This document shows positions 1 through 9,498 of a stretch of 64,000 bases of DNA, one piece after another. The position numbers were made by a program, and so were the translations under genes. The notes under the pieces were generated by a model. The model was not told where the DNA came from. It worked only from the letters and a program-made list of their open reading frames with translations, and made no database searches. The DNA is from an uncultured Acidobacteriota bacterium. GTDB lineage: Bacteria; Acidobacteriota; JAQAZP01. The number at the start of each line of letters is the position of its first letter. Position 1 is the stretch's first letter. The stretch spans positions 1,696,001 through 1,760,000 of the forward strand of contig CAWIIB010000001.1 in NCBI GenBank assembly GCA_963836075.1. The letters are read 5' to 3'.

Positions 1-1231
1 AGGAATCCGTGAATATGGCCCCGATAATGAAACCGTTATTATCTGGGAAAGTCGTCTGGATTCTAAAGGACTTCTGTTAACCGGTAATACGACGGTGATC
101 TACCTGTTCATGTGGATTGACACGAAAAGTGGTCCGGTTGTCATGGAAACACCCCCCAATGTATTGGCCATCGTAGACAACTTCTGGTTCCACTATGTCA
201 CCGATATTGGAAATGCTGGGCCCGATAAAGGTAAAGGTGGAAAATACATCATTCTTCCACCTGATTATGAAGGAGATCTGGAAGAAGGCCCCTTTGTTAA
301 AAGGTCGGACACCTATGGCAACTGGTTCTGCTTAAGAGGTTTTCCTAAAGGCGATGACAACGCCGCTGTTGTGAAAAACATTAAGGATCATTTAAAAGTA
401 TATCCTTTAGCGGAAGCCGATAACCCAACGCCTGTAAAGTTTCACGACGTATCCAACAAGTATATCAACACCTTGCATGCACAGGATATCACCTTCTTCC
501 ACGAAGTGAATGAAGTGGTTCAGGAAGAACCCGCCGCTGCCTGGGATGCTGAATCATTAGGAATGCTTGCTTCCATTGGAATCGAGAAAGGGAAAGAGTT
601 CAAGCCCGATGCTCGAATGACCAAGATCCTGAAAGAGGCAGCAATAGTTGGTACTGCCACGCAACGCTCCATTATCTGGAGAAACAGAAACGAAAACGTA
701 AAGATCTGGCCGGAAAGCAAAAGCTGGGAGTTGGGTTTTGCCGGCGGAAGCTACGCTTTTGAACATAATGGTGCTCGCTTAATCAACGAAAGAACCCGGT
801 TCCATTACTATGCAACCGGTATCACTCCGGTCATGGTCAAACCTCCAGTGGGTGCCGGTTCTCAATACGTAATTGGTCTGCGTGATTCAGACGGTGGAAT
901 CCTGAATGGTTCCGAAACCTACAAGCTGCATATTCCGGCCAACGTCCCTGTGAAACGCTTCTGGGAACTCACGGTATATGACAATCAGACCCGTTGCATG
1001 CTGCAGACCGACCAACGTCTGCCCGGCGTGACCAGTATCCAGAGCGATGTGGTCCAGAATGCCGACGGCTCCTACGACGTCTTCTTCGGTCCGAAAAAGC
1101 CGGAAGGTAAGGTCAACTGGATACAAACCCTTCCGAATAAAGGCTGGAACGTACTCTGGAGAGTCTACAGCCCAACCCAGGTCTGGTACGACAAAGCATG
1201 GCGCCCGGGTGAGATTGAACTGGTGCAGTAA
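1..1231 (+). CDS. DUF1254/DUF1214 domain protein (5' truncated by window)
   Basis: Motifs GPDKGKGGKYIILPP, YKLHIPANVPVKRFWELTVYD, NWIQTLPNKGW; paralogous to 2076-3596; frame is open upstream of the ORF-track start at 95. Confidence 0.85.
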   Translation, partial: GIREYGPDNETVIIWESRLDSKGLLLTGNTTVIYLFMWIDTKSGPVVMETPPNVLAIVDNFWFHYVTDIGNAGPDKGKGGKYIILPPDYEGDLEEGPFVKRSDTYGNWFCLRGFPKGDDNAAVVKNIKDHLKVYPLAEADNPTPVKFHDVSNKYINTLHAQDITFFHEVNEVVQEEPAAAWDAESLGMLASIGIEKGKEFKPDARMTKILKEAAIVGTATQRSIIWRNRNENVKIWPESKSWELGFAGGSYAFEHNGARLINERTRFHYYATGITPVMVKPPVGAGSQYVIGLRDSDGGILNGSETYKLHIPANVPVKRFWELTVYDNQTRCMLQTDQRLPGVTSIQSDVVQNADGSYDVFFGPKKPEGKVNWIQTLPNKGWNVLWRVYSPTQVWYDKAWRPGEIELVQ

Positions 1232-1253
1232 AGAACATAGAAAGGAGAGCGTC

Positions 1254-1601
1254 ATGGGTATTTTTGGAGACGACAAACTTCAGGATGAGCGGATCACCGC
1301 TCTGGAGAACCACATCCGCATATTGACCGAAACCGTGCAGGCCAACCAGGCGGACCTGGTGGAAGGACGAATCGCCATCCTCGCGCTGCAGGCGAAGGTC
1401 GACGAGAAGGTCTCGTCAACGGACGTTGACCCGGCCATCGTCAAGCTGAACCAGGATCTCGGGGTCGCACGGCAGCGTCTGGAGGAATCCTCCGCCGCCG
1501 CGGCCGAAAGCTGGGCCACACTGCAAAGCGGTGTGCGGGACGCCTTCGAGGGCCTGCGCCAGAGCATGAGCCAGGCCACGGATCAGATCAAGAAGGCGTG
1601 A
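1254..1601 (+). CDS. small coiled-coil hypothetical protein
   Basis: AAGGAG RBS before ATG 1254; helical heptad-like sequence; co-directional with neighbours. Confidence 0.7.
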   Translation: MGIFGDDKLQDERITALENHIRILTETVQANQADLVEGRIAILALQAKVDEKVSSTDVDPAIVKLNQDLGVARQRLEESSAAAAESWATLQSGVRDAFEGLRQSMSQATDQIKKA

Positions 1602-1632
1602 TCGATTCGAGGTCAGGGGAGGTGAGACGGCC

Positions 1633-2055
1633 ATGACACTGAGGACCAGGGAATCTATGCAACGTGACCGGATGTTCCTCCGGCTCTTCCTCAAGAAGTC
1701 CTTGTCCGAGTTGACCGACGAGGAAGTGGTCTACTTCCGGGAGCACCCGGACGAAATCGAAGAGGTGACGGCGCCGGTCAACGTGCACAAGCTGTTTCTC
1801 TGGACCGGTGCGCTTCTCGGGGCGCTGTGTGTGGCCGTTTCCAAGGTGATCAAGTTCTCCCAGTTCGGCCTCTTGTCCGAGGGTTTTCGCGAATTTGTGG
1901 TCGACATCATTTTCGAATCCGGGGTGGCGTTGATCGGAGCCGCGGTCACCGCCTACATCCTCGGCATCCTGCTGAACAAACAGCAGGAAAATGCGGCACA
2001 GTGGCGGACCGAGATCCGCCGCAGAATCGGTGAATCCAAGCTTACGAACGACTGA
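1633..2055 (+). CDS. hypothetical membrane protein (2 TM)
   Basis: GGAGG RBS; two hydrophobic segments. Confidence 0.7.
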   Translation: MTLRTRESMQRDRMFLRLFLKKSLSELTDEEVVYFREHPDEIEEVTAPVNVHKLFLWTGALLGALCVAVSKVIKFSQFGLLSEGFREFVVDIIFESGVALIGAAVTAYILGILLNKQQENAAQWRTEIRRRIGESKLTND

Positions 2056-2075
2056 TGGAGAGAAGGAGCATAAAG

Positions 2076-3596
2076 ATGAAATCACTGTTCACTCTGGCAC
2101 TGTCACTGCTGCTGGCTGCCGGACTGGCCGCTCCGGCCGCGGCACAGGCACCGACGTACAAGATGACCACTCACATCCCCGATAAGATCACCACCCCGGA
2201 CAAGGTGGAGACATCCCTCGGCACCCTGGAGTTCTTCGACGGGGTGCCCATCGGCGACACCACCGAGAAAGTCTACGACTACGTGGACCGCGCCCGAGCG
2301 GTGGAGGTGTTCATCAACATGACGCCCGCCGTCTCGATGTACAACCTCCGCAAGGGTCAGCGGAACCTCGGCCACACCAGGAGCAACCAGATCGTGATCG
2401 CCGAACAGATGGGCGATTCCAAGCCGCTGGTGCTGACCTGGAACAACACCTCGCTCTACGCCTGGGGATTCCTCGACCTGATGAAGGACGGCCCCACCGT
2501 GATCGAGATCCCGCCTGATGTGCTGGGCATCCTCGACGACATGTACTTCCGCTACATCACCGACATGGGCGCGGCTGGACCCGACAAGGGCAAGGGCGGC
2601 AAGTATCTTATCCTGCCCCCGGGCTACGCGGGCGACGTGCCGAGTGGCTACTACGTCTTCGAGTCCAAGACCTATGGTGTGTGGAACTTCATGCGTGGAT
2701 TCGTGCGTGACAGCGTCAAGGACGCGGCCGACAACATCAAACAGAACCTGAAGGTCTACCCGTTGGCGATGAAGGACAACCCGCCCAAGATGGAGTACCT
2801 GAACATGTCGGGCCGGGGGGACTTCCAGACCATCGCGCCCAACGACTTCAGCTTCTACGAAGAGGTGCACGCCCTGGTCCAGGAGGAGGCCGACGGCTGG
2901 GCGGACCCGGAGCTCCTGGGACAGTGCCGGGCCATCGGCATCGTGAAGGGCGAGCCCTTCGCTCCCGACGCGCGCCTGAAGAAGATCCTCGTCGACGCCG
3001 TGGCCATCGGCAACGCCTACTCCCGCGCCAACACGGTGCGCCCCCGCGACCCGGGCCAATGGATCTACCCCGGTGACGACAGCGAGTGGGTCATGGCCTA
3101 CCCCGGCAAGGATACGTACTTCATCGAGAACGGCGCCCGCCGCATGGACGGTCGCTTGTGGATGCACTACAACGCCGTCTGCGTGACTCCGGCCATGGCG
3201 CTGACCCGGCCCGGGGCGGGATCGGACTATCAGATCGCCGGTCTCGACGGGAACGGCAAGCCGCTGGATGGCGCCAAGACCTACAAGCTGCACCTGCCGC
3301 CCGACTTCCCGGTGAAGGACAACTGGTCGGTGACCATCTACGATCCGCAGACCCGCTCCATGCTGCAGACCGATCAGAAGTTCGCGGGAATCAACAGCCT
3401 CAGCGGCGACGTCAAGAAGAACGCCGACCGCTCCATCGACGTCTACTTCGCGCCCGAGCCGGTCAAGGGCTTCGAGAAGAACTGGATCCAGACGATCCCG
3501 GGCAAGAGCTGGTTCATCCTGCTGCGGGCGTACGGTCCGCTTCAGCCGTGGATCGACAAGACCTGGCGGCCAAGTGAACTGAAGCTGGTGGAATAG
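2076..3596 (+). CDS. secreted DUF1254/DUF1214 domain protein
   Basis: Signal peptide MKSLFTLALSLLLAAG..AQA; TPDKVETSLGTLEFFDGVP, GPDKGKGGKYLILPPGY, NWIQTIPGKSWF motifs; AAGGAG RBS. Confidence 0.9.
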   Translation: MKSLFTLALSLLLAAGLAAPAAAQAPTYKMTTHIPDKITTPDKVETSLGTLEFFDGVPIGDTTEKVYDYVDRARAVEVFINMTPAVSMYNLRKGQRNLGHTRSNQIVIAEQMGDSKPLVLTWNNTSLYAWGFLDLMKDGPTVIEIPPDVLGILDDMYFRYITDMGAAGPDKGKGGKYLILPPGYAGDVPSGYYVFESKTYGVWNFMRGFVRDSVKDAADNIKQNLKVYPLAMKDNPPKMEYLNMSGRGDFQTIAPNDFSFYEEVHALVQEEADGWADPELLGQCRAIGIVKGEPFAPDARLKKILVDAVAIGNAYSRANTVRPRDPGQWIYPGDDSEWVMAYPGKDTYFIENGARRMDGRLWMHYNAVCVTPAMALTRPGAGSDYQIAGLDGNGKPLDGAKTYKLHLPPDFPVKDNWSVTIYDPQTRSMLQTDQKFAGINSLSGDVKKNADRSIDVYFAPEPVKGFEKNWIQTIPGKSWFILLRAYGPLQPWIDKTWRPSELKLVE

Positions 3597-3617
3597 AAAA
3601 CAGCGAGAGGTGAATCG

Positions 3618-4616
3618 ATGATCCAGAGACCGACCCGAAGAGCGCCGGGGAGTCGGGCGCTCTCCTGGGACGCGGTGTCCGTGATCCTGCTGGCAGCGGT
3701 CCTGGCGATCGCCATCGCCACATCGACCCATGCCGCCGAGGGCGGAGGCAGCCACTACAGCCCTGGTTTCTACGGAGATTTCGGAGTTGCCCTGGCCCCC
3801 GATCCAGGATTCGCCCTGCGCAATGATTTCTACTACTACTCGGGTGACGCCTCCGGGCGACGGGTGGTGCAGAACGGCGAGCTGCGAGCCGATATCGAGG
3901 CGGATACGTACATGTACATGGCCACCGGCCTGATGACCCTGGACAAGGAGTTCCTTGGCGGACGATACGCCTTCGGGGCCTTCCTGCCCGTTCTCTCCAG
4001 CAGTGTTTCAGGTTCGGTGGTCCTCGATCCGCTGGACGCCGACCCGGAGACCGTGGCCTTTGATGCGAGCCGGACCGGGTTCAGCGACCTTGGGCTCATT
4101 CCTGCTTCAATCTTCTGGAATGCCGGCAACTTCCATTTCAACGCCTACGAAGTCATCATCGTCCCCACCGGTTCGTATAACGTGAACCGTGATGTCAACA
4201 CCGGGCTGAACTACTGGAGCTTCGACACGGTATTGGCCACCACCTGGTTCCAGCCGGACCGGGGCCACGAAGTGTCGGCGGTCCTCGGCTACATATTCAA
4301 TACAGAGAACAGCGCCACGGAGTACAAGACCGGGCAGGAGTTCCACCTCGACTACATGCTGAACCAGTTTTTCTCCGAAACGTTCGCCCTGGGTCTGCAC
4401 GGCTTCTACTACAAGCAGGTGACCGGCGACTCGGGCAGCGGGGCCCTGCTCGGCGATTTCAAGGGCGAGGGGGCAGGTATCGGTCCGGCGGCCATGCTGG
4501 CCACCAAAGCCGGTGATACGGACATAGTGATCAGCGCCAGGTGGATCCACGAGTTCCTGGCCGAACACCGGCTGGAGGGAAACAACTTCTACCTCAGCCT
4601 GACCCTGGCCTTCTAG
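3618..4616 (+). CDS. SphA / phenol MetA-pathway-like outer-membrane beta-barrel transporter
   Basis: Signal peptide followed by AEGGGSHYSPG; PTGSYN..NTGLNYWSFD; YYKQVTGDSGSGA; C-terminal Phe. Confidence 0.8.
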   Translation: MIQRPTRRAPGSRALSWDAVSVILLAAVLAIAIATSTHAAEGGGSHYSPGFYGDFGVALAPDPGFALRNDFYYYSGDASGRRVVQNGELRADIEADTYMYMATGLMTLDKEFLGGRYAFGAFLPVLSSSVSGSVVLDPLDADPETVAFDASRTGFSDLGLIPASIFWNAGNFHFNAYEVIIVPTGSYNVNRDVNTGLNYWSFDTVLATTWFQPDRGHEVSAVLGYIFNTENSATEYKTGQEFHLDYMLNQFFSETFALGLHGFYYKQVTGDSGSGALLGDFKGEGAGIGPAAMLATKAGDTDIVISARWIHEFLAEHRLEGNNFYLSLTLAF

Positions 4617-4701
4617 GTGGAATATGGGACGTGATAGGGTACTGCCGAACGAGCTGAAACCCCTGGCAACAAGCGCACGGCAAAACACGAGAGACGGAGT
4701 A

Positions 4702-5805
4702 ATGATGACCCACTCGGCCACGACCCGTTGGGCCTGGAGAATAACCGGCATCCTGTTGCTGCTCCTCTGGGGCGTGGCACCGGTCCAGGCCCGGGAGAAG
4801 ACCGACATCGTGGTGTTGGCCAACGGCACCCGGCTGCAGGTGGAGATCGATTCGCTGGACCGGGGGCTGCTAAAAGCCGGCACAAACGAGATGGGGACGC
4901 TGAACATCGAGTGGGATGATGTGGCGGCGGTGAGCAGCAACTTCGTCTACGACCTGACGGTGGAGGGCGGTGAAAAGTACGTCGGCACCCTGGAGGAGGG
5001 GCCAGAGGAGGGGACCCTGGTGGTCCGCGGCGACGAAGGGGCGGTCACCCTGGAGCTGCCCGACGTGGTGCTGATCTATCCCCTGGAAGCCAGCTTCTGG
5101 AAGCGCATCAAGGGATCGGTGGACATCGGCTACTCCCTGCGCAGCGAGAGCAACCTCAGCCAGCTGACCTTCGACTTCGACGCCAGCTACTACACCCACC
5201 GGCTCCTCAGAAGATTGAGCCTCAACTCGTATTTCAGCGACCAGGACGACTCGGAAACCACCCAACAGAGCTCGTTGAAGTTCAACATCACCCGCTTCCT
5301 GCTGAAGTTTCCCAAGTGGGGCACCATGGCCATGGTGGCCGCGCAGCAGAACAGCGAGCAGGGTCTTGACCGCCGGGTCATCGGGGGGGCGATGTTAGGC
5401 CGCAGTCTGGTGGCCACCAACCAGAATTTGCTGCTGGTCTTTGCCGGTGCCGCGGTCAACCACGAAAATTACTCCGGCCTGGATGACGGGAGCACTGAAG
5501 AAGGCACGGATCCATTCGCCGAAACCAGTGAATACAACTGGGAAGGGGTGTTCCTGCTGGCCTACCAGGGCGACCGCTACAACTCACCAAAATTCCACAT
5601 GGACGTCGGCCTGCTTGTATTTCCCGGCATCACCAACACCGACCGGCTTCGTGTCCAGTTCCAGGGAGGCATCAGTTACGAGGTGTTCAGTGACTTCACC
5701 GTCGGCCTCACCTCCACCTACTCATACGATTCACTGCCCCCGGTGGCCGGCGTGGAAGAAACGTCCTATGTCCTGGGCGCCACCATCGGCTACAGCTTCA
5801 ACTAG
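4702..5805 (+). CDS. DUF481-family outer-membrane beta-barrel protein
   Basis: Signal peptide, KTDIVVLANG N-terminal motif, alternating beta-strands, ends IGYSFN; start codon uncertain (4624-4705). Confidence 0.75.
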   Translation: MMTHSATTRWAWRITGILLLLLWGVAPVQAREKTDIVVLANGTRLQVEIDSLDRGLLKAGTNEMGTLNIEWDDVAAVSSNFVYDLTVEGGEKYVGTLEEGPEEGTLVVRGDEGAVTLELPDVVLIYPLEASFWKRIKGSVDIGYSLRSESNLSQLTFDFDASYYTHRLLRRLSLNSYFSDQDDSETTQQSSLKFNITRFLLKFPKWGTMAMVAAQQNSEQGLDRRVIGGAMLGRSLVATNQNLLLVFAGAAVNHENYSGLDDGSTEEGTDPFAETSEYNWEGVFLLAYQGDRYNSPKFHMDVGLLVFPGITNTDRLRVQFQGGISYEVFSDFTVGLTSTYSYDSLPPVAGVEETSYVLGATIGYSFN

Positions 5806-5893
5806 TCGTATCAGCCACGGGCCCCTGTTTCGAATTCATCGCACCGACTGAACCGTTCACGTTTCAGTCAATGGCCGGCAGAGGAGAACCGCC

Positions 5894-6958
5894 ATGCAGA
5901 ACCGAATACTCTCACGTTCGTCGCCGCGCATCACCTTCCTGCTGGTGCTGTGCATCGGCATCAGTCTGCTCTTTTTCTGGATGATCAAGGGCTTTCTGAT
6001 GGCGATCCTGCTGGCGGCGGTGATGGCCGGAATCACCCACCCCTTCTGCCGCCGTTTCGCCGAGAAGATCGGCGGCCGCAAGGGTGTCGCCGCCGGAGTG
6101 ACAGTCCTGCTCTGCCTGGTGCTGGTCATTGTTCCGCTGCTCTTCTTCATCGGCCTCATGGTCAATGAGGCGGTGAACATCAGCGGATCGGCCACCGAGT
6201 TTGTGACCCGGGAGATGGCGGACACCGAGAGCCTGGACGAGACGATTGAGAAATACCCGGAGTTGAAAAAGCTGGTCCCCTACCAGGACGAGATCATCAC
6301 CAAGGCCGGCGAACTGGCGGCCAGGGCCGGTTCCCACGTGGCCGGCTGGCTGGCCGCCGGGGCAGCCGGAACCGCCTCCTTCGTTCTGGCGCTCTTCATC
6401 ATGCTCTTCGCCATGTTCCAGTTCCTGATCAACGGCCCGGAGATCCTCGAGACGATGCTGCGCCACACACCGCTGTCCGGGGAAGACCGGAGCCGGTTGC
6501 TGGGCACCTTCGCCTCGGTGGGTCGGGCCACGCTGAAGGGCACGGTGATCATCGGCATCGTCCAGGGCAGCCTGGCCGGTCTCTCCTTCTGGGTGGCGGG
6601 AATCGAGGGGGTGATCTTCTGGAGTACGATCATGGCCGTGTTGTCGATCATCCCCGGTATCGGCGCCGCGCTGATCTGGGTGCCGGCGGTGGTCTATCTC
6701 TTTCTCAACGGCCAGACCGGGGCGGCCATCGGTGTGGCGCTGTGGTGCGCCATCGTGGTGGGCACGGTGGACAACTTCCTGCGCCCGGTGTTGATCGGCA
6801 AGGACACGGAAATGCCCGACCTGCTGGTGCTGCTCACCACGCTGGGCGGCCTGGCGATGTTCGGCGCCACAGGCATCCTCATCGGGCCGATCATCGGGGC
6901 GCTGTTCATGACCGCCTGGCGGTTGTGGGGCGGTGCTGTGGATGAAGCCTGTACCTGA
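5894..6958 (+). CDS. AI-2E family transporter
   Basis: Multiple TMs; VDNFLRPVLIG and TLGGLAMFGATGILIGPIIGAL signatures. Confidence 0.92.
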   Translation: MQNRILSRSSPRITFLLVLCIGISLLFFWMIKGFLMAILLAAVMAGITHPFCRRFAEKIGGRKGVAAGVTVLLCLVLVIVPLLFFIGLMVNEAVNISGSATEFVTREMADTESLDETIEKYPELKKLVPYQDEIITKAGELAARAGSHVAGWLAAGAAGTASFVLALFIMLFAMFQFLINGPEILETMLRHTPLSGEDRSRLLGTFASVGRATLKGTVIIGIVQGSLAGLSFWVAGIEGVIFWSTIMAVLSIIPGIGAALIWVPAVVYLFLNGQTGAAIGVALWCAIVVGTVDNFLRPVLIGKDTEMPDLLVLLTTLGGLAMFGATGILIGPIIGALFMTAWRLWGGAVDEACT

Positions 6959-6977
6959 CAACGGCGAGGAGTAAAAC

Positions 6978-7268
6978 ATGGCAAAGGATGACGCAATCCA
7001 GGCCGAGTTGAAGGAGCTGCGAGCCCAGCTGGAGGCGGTGCAGGCCCGGGATGCCGCTTCGGAGGCAGGGGATGAGCCAGCATCATCCACCGAAGAGGGC
7101 GACGCGACCGACGAAACCGAAACCGTGGAATCGGTGCACAAGGATTTGTCCGCTCAGATCCATGATTTCATCGAGCGGATGGACCATGAACTGAAAGACG
7201 CCAACCCGAGCATGTTGCTGACGGTCTTCGGCCTCGGGGTGTTTACCGGTTGGCTGCTGAGGCGATAG
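6978..7268 (+). CDS. ElaB/YqjD/DUF883-like tail-anchored small protein
   Basis: GAGGAG RBS; acidic helix, then NP..LLTVFGLGVFTGWLLRR C-terminal anchor. Confidence 0.6.
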   Translation: MAKDDAIQAELKELRAQLEAVQARDAASEAGDEPASSTEEGDATDETETVESVHKDLSAQIHDFIERMDHELKDANPSMLLTVFGLGVFTGWLLRR

Positions 7269-7278
7269 GAGAAAGACC

Positions 7279-7758
7279 ATGTCCGATACATTCATCAAAC
7301 TCCAGATTCTCGCCCGAGCGGAAATGGCCCTGGCCAGGATCCGCATCCAATTGGCCACCAGGCAATCGGTGATGCTGGCCGCCGCTGCCCTCTCCGGGCT
7401 GCTGGGGCTGGGGCTGTTCAATCTTGCGGCCTTCTTTGCCATCAGCCCCAGCCAGGGGCCGGCAGTGGCCGCACTGGTGGTGGGCCTGATCAACGCGGCC
7501 ATCACCATCGGGTTCGTACTGATCGCCCGCACCATGGGTCCCAACGAGAACGAGCAACGGCTGGCCCTGGAGATGCGCGATCTGGCCACCACCGAGCTGA
7601 ATCGCGATGTGGCGCAGGTCAAGGAGGAGCTGGCCCAGCTGTCCGCCGACGTGCGCAGCATTCACGGGGCGTTCAAGTCCTTTTCCGACGTGACGACGAA
7701 AACGCTTGTCCCGCTGCTGGGGATGGTGTTCAAGTTCGGGAAGAAGGACAAGGATTGA
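7279..7758 (+). CDS. YqjE / phage-holin-family-like membrane protein
   Basis: LARAE N-terminal motif, two TMs, follows a YqjD-like gene. Confidence 0.6.
   Translation: MSDTFIKLQILARAEMALARIRIQLATRQSVMLAAAALSGLLGLGLFNLAAFFAISPSQGPAVAALVVGLINAAITIGFVLIARTMGPNENEQRLALEMRDLATTELNRDVAQVKEELAQLSADVRSIHGAFKSFSDVTTKTLVPLLGMVFKFGKKDKD
7603..7758 (+). repeat. 156-bp direct repeat copy 1 (3' end of 7279-7758)
   Basis: 149/156 identical to 12290-12445 by manual alignment. Confidence 0.95.
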
Positions 7759-7816
7759 AGACCAATCGAACAGTGAGGAGAACCGAGATGCCAAGGTGGA
7801 AAAGGAGTAGCAAACA

Positions 7817-8626
7817 ATGAAGAATCCTGCGATTCGTTCCGTGATCCTGCCGTTGCTGCTGATCGCCGGGCTGGCAGTGGCCGCCGCTCCTCCCGTGCAT
7901 GCCCAGGAGTCAAGTGAAGAGAGTGAATGGGAGTTCAACCTGACCATCTATGGCTGGCTGCCCCAGATCTATGGCCATCTCAACTACGAGGTTCCGGGCT
8001 CCGGTGACACGATAAAGGTCGATCCCAGCACTCTCCTCGATAACCTGGGGATGACCTTTCAGGGCGCTTTTGAAATGCGCAAGAACAAGTGGTCGCTGCT
8101 GGCCGACCTCTTCTACGCCCAGGAGAAGGCCGGGGCAAGCGAGGCCGTACCACTTCCAGGGGAGGGAGGCGGGCAGGTCAACGTGGGTGCGGACCTGAAG
8201 CTCGACATGTGGCTCATCACTCTCGCCGGCGCCTACGAGGTGGCCAACCGGGAACGGGCCACCTGCAATGTCCTCCTCGGTTGCCGGCGCATCTCCATGG
8301 CCGGGGACCTCGATCTGAGTCTCGGAGATGGTCAGACCACCATCGCCACCGAGCATCTGTCCCGGTCGGCGGTGATCTATGACGGCATCGTCGGAATCAG
8401 GGGGCGTCTGGGGACAAAAGAAAAGTGGTATGTCCCCTATCACCTCGATATCGGCACCGGCAGTTCCAACTTCACCTGGCAGGGCATGACCGGGATTGGC
8501 TACAACTGGAAATGGGGCGGCGTGCTTGCGGCATACCGCTACCTCTATTTTGACCAGGGGGATCAGAAAATGGTGGAAGACCTGGCCCTGGGCGGCGGGG
8601 CGGTGGGTGTCCACTTCAACTGGTGA
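7817..8626 (+). CDS. secreted outer-membrane beta-barrel hypothetical protein
   Basis: Signal peptide; WEFNLTIYGWLP start, DIGTGSSNFTWQ, ends GVHFNW. Confidence 0.75.
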   Translation: MKNPAIRSVILPLLLIAGLAVAAAPPVHAQESSEESEWEFNLTIYGWLPQIYGHLNYEVPGSGDTIKVDPSTLLDNLGMTFQGAFEMRKNKWSLLADLFYAQEKAGASEAVPLPGEGGGQVNVGADLKLDMWLITLAGAYEVANRERATCNVLLGCRRISMAGDLDLSLGDGQTTIATEHLSRSAVIYDGIVGIRGRLGTKEKWYVPYHLDIGTGSSNFTWQGMTGIGYNWKWGGVLAAYRYLYFDQGDQKMVEDLALGGGAVGVHFNW

Positions 8627-8703
8627 TCCAGGGATCCGGCAGTGCAACAGGTTGATCGCCGACCGATGCCGATGTTGGCAGTTGAACAGAAATGGAGCGA
8701 ATC

Positions 8704-9426
8704 ATGAAGAAGTCAATGATAGTGAGCGTGGTGTTTTTTATGGCCGTCGGGTTCATTCTGGCCGGCAGCGGAGTGCTCTTCGCTGAAGGGGAAGTGCCGG
8801 CGTCATCCGTTGGCGAGCAGGTGACCGTCAAGGGCCAGTATGTCAGATTGGCCGCCAACGCCGAGGGCTGGGTCACCATGGGGTACGGGATTGCCAACCT
8901 GTCGGTGGGAGAGGAGTGGATGCTGATCGATGTGGGACTTACGGTGCAGCATGGGGTGCAGCCCCAAAAAATCTCCCGGAATGACATCACCATCGTGACC
9001 CCGGACAAAAAGGTCATCCCCTTGCCCACCGCCGAGGAATTCGGCAAGGTCCGCGGCTCACTCAGGGCCCTGGACCAGCGGGCCAACATGACGGTGGAGT
9101 CGATCAACTATTTTCCCCCCGGCGTGAACGAACCGTGCCGTCTTGGTTTCTTTTCTCACCCTGATCAAGGCCCCGGCCTCGCCCATGACACGACCGAGCT
9201 TGACCCCCAGAGGGCCTGCATGGGCCGCCTCTACTTCCAGATCCCCGGCGGCATTCAGTACGGGCTGCACAACCTGGATGTCAAGTTCGCCGGCAGCACG
9301 GTCCGGGTTCCGTTCAAGATCATGACCAAGGAGGAAGCGAAGGCGTTCGAGAAGGAATGGAAAGCAGCGGAAAAGAAAGAGAAGGCAGAAAAGAAGGCTG
9401 AGCACAAGGGTCACAAGCACGAATAA
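8704..9426 (+). CDS. secreted hypothetical protein with Lys/Glu-rich tail
   Basis: Signal peptide MKKSMIVSVVFFMAVG; GGAG RBS; two Cys. Confidence 0.75.
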   Translation: MKKSMIVSVVFFMAVGFILAGSGVLFAEGEVPASSVGEQVTVKGQYVRLAANAEGWVTMGYGIANLSVGEEWMLIDVGLTVQHGVQPQKISRNDITIVTPDKKVIPLPTAEEFGKVRGSLRALDQRANMTVESINYFPPGVNEPCRLGFFSHPDQGPGLAHDTTELDPQRACMGRLYFQIPGGIQYGLHNLDVKFAGSTVRVPFKIMTKEEAKAFEKEWKAAEKKEKAEKKAEHKGHKHE

Positions 9427-9498
9427 GCAACAACGGCGAACCCCTGGTGCACGTTGCTACCGGGGTTCGCCGGGCCCCTTCACATATTGTTGGTTGCC

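Noticed and set aside
7279-7758. Holin-like gene as evidence of a prophage
   Set aside because: The context is a YqjD/YqjE-like bacterial operon, and no phage structural, lysin or integrase genes are present in the window.
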